Below the pieces are notes generated by a model, which made no database searches, was not told where the DNA came from, and was given only the letters and a program-made list of their open reading frames with translations. Source: a virus (Duplodnaviria; Caudoviricetes). From it: DNA of 64,000 nt. Position 1 is the stretch's first letter. Each line of letters begins with the position of its first letter. The translations under genes were made by a program, and so were the position numbers. The stretch lies in the IMG/VR virus record IMGVR_UViG_3300037991_002562, positions 44,869 to 108,868 of that record. One strand, 5' to 3'. Below, piece by piece: positions 57,972 to 64,000 of the stretch.

Positions 57972-58264
57972 TTCTTAAAATACTCTGTATACCCTGCTCT
58001 AGTGGCAATGGTCTTTTCTATAAAACTTAGAAAGGATTCTTCTTTATAATACACTACATATTTCCAGCTTGTCCAACTAGGAGGACTATGGGATTTTAGT
58101 AATGAGTTTCTGTTTAATCGCTCTAGGAACGCTTCGTAACATTCTCTAGTAGTAGCGTATTGTTTATCATCACGGAAGTATTCCCTAGTCTTTTCTAGTA
58201 GCTCTTCCGTTGGGTTGATAAACTTGTTAGTGAATTGTTTTAGTTTGATTTCGTATGAGTTCAT
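57968..58264 (-). CDS. Early hypothetical protein, family 1 copy b
   Basis: Y..KL.QF.NKF.N.T, FRDDK, PS.TSW.YVVY.KE shared. Confidence 0.7.
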   Translation of the reverse strand: MNSYEIKLKQFTNKFINPTEELLEKTREYFRDDKQYATTRECYEAFLERLNRNSLLKSHSPPSWTSWKYVVYYKEESFLSFIEKTIATRAGYTEYFKK

Positions 58265-58497
58265 AGTACTGCCATCATCCTAGATCTATTAATCTTTTTT
58301 ATTTCTGCTTTAATAGCTTTTAATCCTCCGACTTTTCTTAGTATCTTCCATCGGGTGTACATTACTTCTAGCTTAGACATATCTTTGTAACCTTTAATCC
58401 ACCAAGTAGCACTGGTGTAGGCGACGTAGTCGCCAGCTCCTAGGTTTACAACAGCTTGTCGGACTAGAGGGCAGCTAACTCCAAAGAACAATACCAT
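58261..58497 (-). CDS. Early hypothetical protein, family 2 copy a
   Basis: V.QAV.NLG...YV......WWIK.Y shared with 58856..59053. Confidence 0.55.
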   Translation of the reverse strand: MVLFFGVSCPLVRQAVVNLGAGDYVAYTSATWWIKGYKDMSKLEVMYTRWKILRKVGGLKAIKAEIKKINRSRMMAVL

Positions 58498-58508
58498 ATC
58501 TTAATGCG

Positions 58509-58844
58509 TTAAACATTCGGATTACTCCTAGCTATGAGCATCATTCTAAGGCTGTACCAATGTTTTAGAATAAACTGTATAATCTCTTTCCTAGCCGCTC
58601 TACCTGCTTCTGTATTTGGTCGACCTGCTTTAACCCAATAGTGTTCTGCTGGGTCTATGCCAGGACACCCCATTTCATGGAGGATTTGGCCGAGGTTACT
58701 TACATCCGTTACTGTACCCGGAGGTGAAATATGCGTAGCTATTTGATGGCACAGGTAATCGTTACTTCTCAAATGATACGGTGGGGTGTATCGTACCTTG
58801 CTATTTTCTTCAAGCTCGATTAGTCTTTCAACTTCTTCTCTCAA
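58509..58844 (-). CDS. Early hypothetical protein
   Basis: 111-aa ORF in operon. Confidence 0.5.
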   Translation of the reverse strand: MREEVERLIELEENSKVRYTPPYHLRSNDYLCHQIATHISPPGTVTDVSNLGQILHEMGCPGIDPAEHYWVKAGRPNTEAGRAARKEIIQFILKHWYSLRMMLIARSNPNV

Positions 58845-58855
58845 AGATGCCCACT

Positions 58856-59053
58856 CTATTCAGTAGTACGGATTACAACTTTCCACAGAGGAATATTGTA
58901 GTACTCTTTAATCCACCACACGCTTTCCTGATGCTCCACGTATTGAGAGCCGCCTAGATTAATGACGGCTTGTTTAACAACGGTCGAACTAAGGTTAGGT
59001 CTGTCCCCTCTTACGGCTATGCAGATGCCTACTAATAATGCTCTTAAATACAT
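58856..59053 (-). CDS. Early hypothetical protein, family 2 copy b
   Basis: Paralogous motif; boundaries uncertain. Confidence 0.5.
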   Translation of the reverse strand: MYLRALLVGICIAVRGDRPNLSSTVVKQAVINLGGSQYVEHQESVWWIKEYYNIPLWKVVIRTTE

Positions 59054-59102
59054 AGTCTTGTGTTCCAGTTTAGTTTCATAAATTTAATGATGACCCACAT
59101 AA

Positions 59103-59411
59103 TCACAGGCAAGACTCAACGTAGTCTTTAGCTTTTTGTATAAACTCTTCTAGGTCTTTTGATTGGTCGTTAAGTCTTTGTATATTCGACAAAATCTCAA
59201 TATGTCCATCAGGTAGGTCTAAGTCTAGAAGCTCTACTTTTCTATTTTGTAGGTTTGTATTTACAATATGTAAAAGTTCTTCCTTAGTCATTAAGTGACC
59301 AATAACACAGCGGCAGTCTCTGCTGCCTATGTACACTGTCCTTAAAAGCTTATCTTGATCTTCTACTTTTTGAATAGCTTCTAATAAATTTTCTTTAGTT
59401 ACTGGTTTCAT
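59103..59411 (-). CDS. Early protein, family 3 copy a
   Basis: MKPVTKENLLEAIQKVE.Q, RCVIGHL, Q.LND. Confidence 0.75.
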   Translation of the reverse strand: MKPVTKENLLEAIQKVEDQDKLLRTVYIGSRDCRCVIGHLMTKEELLHIVNTNLQNRKVELLDLDLPDGHIEILSNIQRLNDQSKDLEEFIQKAKDYVESCL

Positions 59412-59737
59412 GCGAATAGTTCCTCTACCAAGGCTCTAGCCTCTTTTACAAATACATCTACCGGTAAGTCTTCAATATCGTTCAAGCTTTGAAGCCTCGC
59501 TAGGATAAGAGAGTCTTTTTTAGGTACGCTGATAAAGTCGGACTGTTGAAGTAATGCTCCAATAGAAGCGTCATTGAGCTCGTCTTCTTTTAGTTTAATT
59601 AACTCTTGCTCTTCCATTAAATGACCTACAACACAACGACAGCCTGTGTTATCTTCATACGCATAATGAGTTAGCTTACCTTGCTCTTCAACTTTCTGAA
59701 TAGCTTCTAACAAATTTTCTTTAGTTACTGGTTTCAT
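59408..59737 (-). CDS. Early protein, family 3 copy b
   Basis: Identical N-terminal 17 aa to copy a. Confidence 0.75.
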   Translation of the reverse strand: MKPVTKENLLEAIQKVEEQGKLTHYAYEDNTGCRCVVGHLMEEQELIKLKEDELNDASIGALLQQSDFISVPKKDSLILARLQSLNDIEDLPVDVFVKEARALVEELFA

Positions 59738-60051
59738 TGGTACGATTCCTCAATAATTCGTGTGCAACGAGATTTGAAATTGTCCATACTCGTAGCGGTG
59801 TCGTTAACAAACTGCAATGCTGATAGAATCCCTTCAGGTTCAGTTCCTAGGAGGTGCTTTCCAATAACACCTATTGGAAGCCCATTAGCATTGTTACTTA
59901 AAATGGCATGTAGTTCTTTATCTTCTAGTAAATAGCCTACAACATCGCGATGTTTGCCGTCGCTGGAAATGTAGGCATTTTTAAGGATAAGTCCTTGGTC
60001 TATTACTTCCTGTACCGCTTTGGTTACGTTTTCTTTAGTTAATTTCTGCAT
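59734..60051 (-). CDS. Early protein, family 3 copy c
   Basis: TKENV..AVQ.V..QG, VVG.LL, LQ..ND. Confidence 0.7.
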   Translation of the reverse strand: MQKLTKENVTKAVQEVIDQGLILKNAYISSDGKHRDVVGYLLEDKELHAILSNNANGLPIGVIGKHLLGTEPEGILSALQFVNDTATSMDNFKSRCTRIIEESYQ

Positions 60052-60407
60052 GTTATAACCTTACCGAAGTGGGACTGAACTACTCCCATTGCACGGGTTT
60101 TAAATTCTTTAACGTGTTTTGATTGGTCATGTGCCCATTGTAGATCTGCTAACAAGGGTTCGTCTTCTTCATTAAAGAATCCGTGCTCGTGGTTAACCCA
60201 GTCTATACTAGTATCTCCCTCAGTAGAGTCAGCTAGTGCTCTTTGTTCTGGGGTAAGAAGCTTACCAACGACACAGTTTATACTTGAGTTGTTAGGCATT
60301 GCATAATAGCATCCAATAGCGTCATTTTCTTTCACTTCAAGGCTCAGGCATCCCTGTGCCATAACTGCTTCGATCGCATCAACAACTTGTTTTCTAGTTA
60401 AGCGCAT
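60039..60407 (-). CDS. Early protein, family 3 copy d
   Basis: QG..S, C.Y, CVVGKLL, LQ.AHD. Confidence 0.7.
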   Translation of the reverse strand: MRLTRKQVVDAIEAVMAQGCLSLEVKENDAIGCYYAMPNNSSINCVVGKLLTPEQRALADSTEGDTSIDWVNHEHGFFNEEDEPLLADLQWAHDQSKHVKEFKTRAMGVVQSHFGKVITCRN

Positions 60408-60642
60408 TAGTAGCCTCCAATAGTTCTTTTAATGTAGCGGGTTCAGCATTTTCCGATAATACGAAGTCAGTGCCGGACTCCCAGTACTCTAATTCTACTA
60501 GCTCCCCATCTTTCATGCTAGCTATCAGTACTTCATCCTCGTCCACTTTGCCTATCATCAAGTAATAGAGTTTAGGAAAAATAGTTTCAAGTGCTTCTAG
60601 GTTTTCTTCGGTGTCTTCGATAATAAAGTTTTTCATTTGCAT
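60394..60642 (-). CDS. Early acidic hypothetical protein
   Basis: Follows promoter/RBS cassette. Confidence 0.65.
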   Translation of the reverse strand: MQMKNFIIEDTEENLEALETIFPKLYYLMIGKVDEDEVLIASMKDGELVELEYWESGTDFVLSENAEPATLKELLEATNALN

Positions 60643-60678
60643 TCCTCATTTATTCAATACAAGCATTATACGTTAAAA

Positions 60679-61077
60679 TTAGCTGTTTTGCAAATGATTT
60701 AATCGAGCCAATGTTTTTCGCTTCAAATCTCGGTATCTTAGTTCTTGTTCGTAACGCTTAACGTGCGTTATTTGGTCTTTTGTTAAGACCTTGGGATTGT
60801 AGTCGTACAGGTTTTTAAGTAGTCTATATGTTTCAATATCTTGCTCTAGTGCTACATAACCATTGAACTCATAAAAGAAGTTCTCTGGCTCGTATACATA
60901 AGCTCTACCATTTGTCTCAAACCAACAATATCTAGTAAGCCTATTGTAATATAGCCCTGTTCTTTTAAATACTGGCTTTATTTCGTCGAAGTAGTTTTCT
61001 AGTTCAAAGTCATACCTTTCATTAAGCCTAGAATTATTTCCATATACATAGAATGTTAAGGGTAATACTTTAATCAT
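60679..61077 (-). CDS. Early hypothetical protein
   Basis: 132-aa ORF. Confidence 0.6.
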   Translation of the reverse strand: MIKVLPLTFYVYGNNSRLNERYDFELENYFDEIKPVFKRTGLYYNRLTRYCWFETNGRAYVYEPENFFYEFNGYVALEQDIETYRLLKNLYDYNPKVLTKDQITHVKRYEQELRYRDLKRKTLARLNHLQNS

Positions 61078-61472
61078 AGTTTTTCCAGTTTTCGTATAAT
61101 AAGGTTAATAAAGTCGATTGCGATTTCTCTGTCTGAATGTTCTTCATTTATATGTGGGTGTCTTAATTCTTCGTTTGTGAAAAACTCAGACTCATACGCC
61201 CCTGTACGTCTAACCACATAAGTAGACCCGTAGATACTTTCCGCCACACTTAGTCCTGCTTCTTCTAGAACATCCTCAAATAGGTTTTCTAGTTCGCTCG
61301 CTGCTGCCATGCAAGCAAGGTTTGAGGACGAATTACCTGGGTCTCTGTAGACTGTTAAGTCCCCTATCAAACAGCAAGAACTTCCACAGTGCCAGTACCC
61401 CATGTCTAGAGGGATAGTGGCCTCTCTAGAAGCCTCGATCATTTCTTCTAAAAATTTAATTAGTTTGTTCAT
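61074..61472 (-). CDS. Early protein, family 4 copy a
   Basis: MNK, DM..W, CG...C.IG shared with 61686..62114. Confidence 0.65.
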   Translation of the reverse strand: MNKLIKFLEEMIEASREATIPLDMGYWHCGSSCCLIGDLTVYRDPGNSSSNLACMAAASELENLFEDVLEEAGLSVAESIYGSTYVVRRTGAYESEFFTNEELRHPHINEEHSDREIAIDFINLIIRKLEKL

Positions 61473-61686
61473 TTTGTCGGCTCTCCAGTATTGAAATGTC
61501 AAATGGGTTTAGTACTGAAATCACGCTGTCCCAGTTGTTAAAAGATATTTTTATTCCTGAAAGGTCTGAGAAAATTAAGTTATGGGATTTACCATTTATA
61601 GTAATCTCTTTTTCTTTAAGCACGGCAGCCTTCGCTGCCACTTCACTTAAAGGTGTATGGATTACTAGAAGTTCTGCTATTGTCAT
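61456..61686 (-). CDS. Early hypothetical protein
   Basis: Coupled ORF. Confidence 0.55.
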   Translation of the reverse strand: MTIAELLVIHTPLSEVAAKAAVLKEKEITINGKSHNLIFSDLSGIKISFNNWDSVISVLNPFDISILESRQNEQTN

Positions 61687-62114
61687 TAGTAACCCTTATA
61701 AAATTCAATTAGCTCTTTAGTAGGACTATAATATGCATTAAATTCTTCAGGTACACCGTTTTCTAGGAAGTAGCGAATGCGTTTAGCTACTCCTTGAGGT
61801 GTATTGTCTACCTCTTTCCAGTCATATCCAAACATCCATTCCTGTGGAGAGTAATCGATATCAAAATACTTATCTATAAAGTCATTCCAAATAGGAATCA
61901 TATTAGTCTCTTCGATACTTAGTCCTAGAGCTTGAGGAGCATGACCGATAGCACACGCGGCGTAACCACAACTGCCAATATCCACGCCTTCTAGTTCATC
62001 AGGGCATAGTGCTCCAGTATCACAAGCTACCCAGTCAGCCATGTCAAAATGTTTATAGTCTTCTGGTAAGCTGTCTAAGAATTTTGCTAGTTTTAAAAGG
62101 TTTTCTTTGTTCAT
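61686..62114 (-). CDS. Early protein, family 4 copy b
   Basis: FDM..W...CG.AACAIGHA pattern. Confidence 0.7.
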   Translation of the reverse strand: MNKENLLKLAKFLDSLPEDYKHFDMADWVACDTGALCPDELEGVDIGSCGYAACAIGHAPQALGLSIEETNMIPIWNDFIDKYFDIDYSPQEWMFGYDWKEVDNTPQGVAKRIRYFLENGVPEEFNAYYSPTKELIEFYKGY

Positions 62115-62247
62115 TTATTTTTCCTCATTCAATACAAGTATTATACGTTAAAATTAGCTGTTTTGCAAATGATTTTGAAGAAGTTTTTGTTACATCAGTC
62201 CTGTTTTTCATTATTTACCGTAATTGCTAAATCCTCATAATTCATAA

Positions 62248-62463
62248 TCATACCCCTAGCAGTACGTATAACGCGTTAGCTGCTGAGTCGTCTTTGTTAG
62301 AATCTAAGTACTCAATAGCTTTGGCTATTTTTTCGTTTGCTTCTTTTAGTGACGCGGTGCAATGTTGGATTTTTCGGTGAGCAGACTCAAGCTCCTCTTT
62401 AGCTAAAGTCTCCATAGGAGAGTGCGCTATTTTTGAATCATACTCTTTTAAATATTGGCTCAT
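62248..62463 (-). CDS. Early hypothetical protein
   Basis: Follows promoter/RBS cassette. Confidence 0.65.
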   Translation of the reverse strand: MSQYLKEYDSKIAHSPMETLAKEELESAHRKIQHCTASLKEANEKIAKAIEYLDSNKDDSAANALYVLLGV

Positions 62464-62529
62464 TTATATTCCTCATTTAATACAAGTATTATACGTTAAT
62501 TTTAGCTTTTTATCAAGTAATTTAACGAC

Positions 62530-62551
62530 AAAAAGGAGGCCGAAGCCTCCT
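62530..62551 (-). terminator. Rho-independent terminator
   Basis: AGGAGGC-TTCG-GCCTCCT-TTTT. Confidence 0.85.
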
Positions 62552-63015
62552 TACTGTAATTTATATACTATAACTTTGTGGTCAATAAAGATTTCTTCTA
62601 ATAGAGTAAGAACTATTTCCCACTTACCACCGGCTCTATCACTACCCATTAAGTATGGTACAGCAATAGTAGAACCTTTTGGAACATATCTTGAAGCTTC
62701 TAACATTGCTTCTACTAGAGCAACGTAACTTAGCTGTCTACTGAAATTATCGTTCATTATACTAGATTTTCTACCAAAATAGTCTTGACCATATAGATTT
62801 AAAACACTACCGTCGGTAGACACACTTCCTAGTATAGAGCTAGTAGCCCTACGGTAGTGTACTGTATCCGCTTCGTAAGCACTAGGAATTCTTTCCATGA
62901 TTTCCTTAGCAATGCCCGAACCGAAGTTATTTCGACAGTTGCAGCAGTGCATAAGGTACTCTACCTCTCCCTCTAATAACGCTGAAACTGCATTGCCTAG
63001 TTTAAAATTAATCAT
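62551..63015 (-). CDS. Macrodomain (ADP-ribose-processing) protein
   Basis: HCCNC..NFGSGIAK, NLYGQ, P..GSDRAGGKW. Confidence 0.88.
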   Translation of the reverse strand: MINFKLGNAVSALLEGEVEYLMHCCNCRNNFGSGIAKEIMERIPSAYEADTVHYRRATSSILGSVSTDGSVLNLYGQDYFGRKSSIMNDNFSRQLSYVALVEAMLEASRYVPKGSTIAVPYLMGSDRAGGKWEIVLTLLEEIFIDHKVIVYKLQ

Positions 63016-64000
63016 AGCATAGCCCTCATACGCACGTCATTCCACGACGTTTTGCGAACCATTTTACCGTTCTTAAAGATAACTTCTAAGTCACCACCTT
63101 CATCGTTAGGTTGTTGGTCATATAGCTCACCATCAATAACTTTTAGGTAGCCTTTAGCTGATTTCTTAGTACCGTTATCAGTTTTAGGGTCTTTGAACAG
63201 TTCTACATGCTCACCACCACGAGTACCTGCTGTAGCTTTAAATGCAATTCCTAGAGTGTCTCTAGTATTATACTGGTATGTATAAGAACCGATACCGAAT
63301 ACAACGTTACATGATGCAAAACCTTTAGCAGCAAGTCGAGCCATAATAGCTTCACAACGGTGAAGTGTGATTGAGTCACCGTAGATAAGACCTACTGAAC
63401 TGTTAAGGACTTTGAACCCGTTTTCGGTTTCACTACCTCCAAAAATATCGTACAGAACTTCAACCGCTCCCTTAACTTCATGTTCGGCTAGTTCTTTGCC
63501 AGTTTTACGACAGTAGTAAGAGCCATTTGATTCAAGGTACTCGCTAGGCTTATAACCTGTTAGAATCTTGACAGGGTCTCCGCTATTACCACAGACCATA
63601 GTACCTTTATTTCTCTTAACAAGAAGTCTTCCTGTAGGTACAGTTACACAGTATACGTTGCCCTTATAATCTACTTTGCTTTTACGTCTAGCTTGTCCTC
63701 CAATTTTATTATTCTTCGTTAAATGGGCAGTATATACATTTGAGAACTTGTCTGACCGTGTATCCTCTCTTTCAGAGATAAAAACACCGTAACCTGCTCC
63801 TATAGCTACTAGCTCTACTACCTCTACTACAGACTTAACAGTAGTATCAAACTTAAAGCGTGTATCTGTACGTCTAGTAGCGTCCCAGTAGGATAGCTCT
63901 TCTATAAATTCTTCACACCAAGTCTTGCTTAAGCTAGCAGTATCGACCCAAGATAAGTCTTTAGTAAAGTTAGACGCGTCACCTACTTCTATATGAATTT
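63012..64000 (-). CDS. nadV: Nicotinamide phosphoribosyltransferase (3' part), intein-interrupted
   Basis: SGDP, LIYGDSIT, VFGIGS, RDT...A.KAT, KDPKTD.GTKKSAKG; frame open to window end. Confidence 0.92.
   Translation of the reverse strand, partial: IHIEVGDASNFTKDLSWVDTASLSKTWCEEFIEELSYWDATRRTDTRFKFDTTVKSVVEVVELVAIGAGYGVFISEREDTRSDKFSNVYTAHLTKNNKIGGQARRKSKVDYKGNVYCVTVPTGRLLVKRNKGTMVCGNSGDPVKILTGYKPSEYLESNGSYYCRKTGKELAEHEVKGAVEVLYDIFGGSETENGFKVLNSSVGLIYGDSITLHRCEAIMARLAAKGFASCNVVFGIGSYTYQYNTRDTLGIAFKATAGTRGGEHVELFKDPKTDNGTKKSAKGYLKVIDGELYDQQPNDEGGDLEVIFKNGKMVRKTSWNDVRMRAML
63585..64000 (-). mobile_element. Intein (C-terminal part) with LAGLIDADG-type endonuclease segment
   Basis: Manual translation ...FIEELSYWDA...YKGNVYCVTVPTGRLLVKRNKGTMVCGN|SGDP: blocks E, F, G, terminal Asn, +1 Ser. 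Confidence 0.9.

Larger units (their letters stand above)
60645..62520 (-). promoter_or_regulatory. Three near-identical early promoter+RBS cassettes
   Basis: TTG(C/A)..-17-TATAATRCTTGTATT...ATGAGGAA at about 60645-60700, 62123-62175, 62470-62520. Confidence 0.85.

Noticed and set aside
1-64000. tRNA genes and integrase
   Set aside because: No cloverleaf/T-loop signature or recombinase motif noticed by eye; the T5-type tRNA cluster probably lies outside this window

Overview
About 64 kb of a lytic T5-like siphophage genome (Demerecviridae-type organisation; host probably a gammaproteobacterium). 1-19.9 kb (+): replication module (D2, D3, PC4-like, split NAD-dependent ligase, D5, DnaB helicase, primase, PolA, D10 helicase interrupted by a 290-nt group I intron, D11-D15, dUTPase). 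19.9-47.9 kb (-): morphogenesis module (tail fibres, hub, Dit, tape measure, chaperones, tail tube, in-frame protease-capsid fusion, portal, terminase, receptor-binding protein). About 48-57.7 kb: pre-early/first-step-transfer region (A2, A1, dmp, small ORFs). Its non-coding DNA is densely tiled with consensus sites for host proteins (about 12 Fur boxes, 6+ sigma54 sites, 6 DnaA boxes, 2 LexA, 3 IHF, FadR, ArgR), its genes are strongly GATC-enriched, and it ends in G-quadruplex-type tracts and promoter-driven structured RNA candidates. 57.7-64 kb (-): early genes with tandem paralogues, a macrodomain protein and an intein-containing NAMPT. All calls are by eye from motifs and T5 synteny; no database searches were run.
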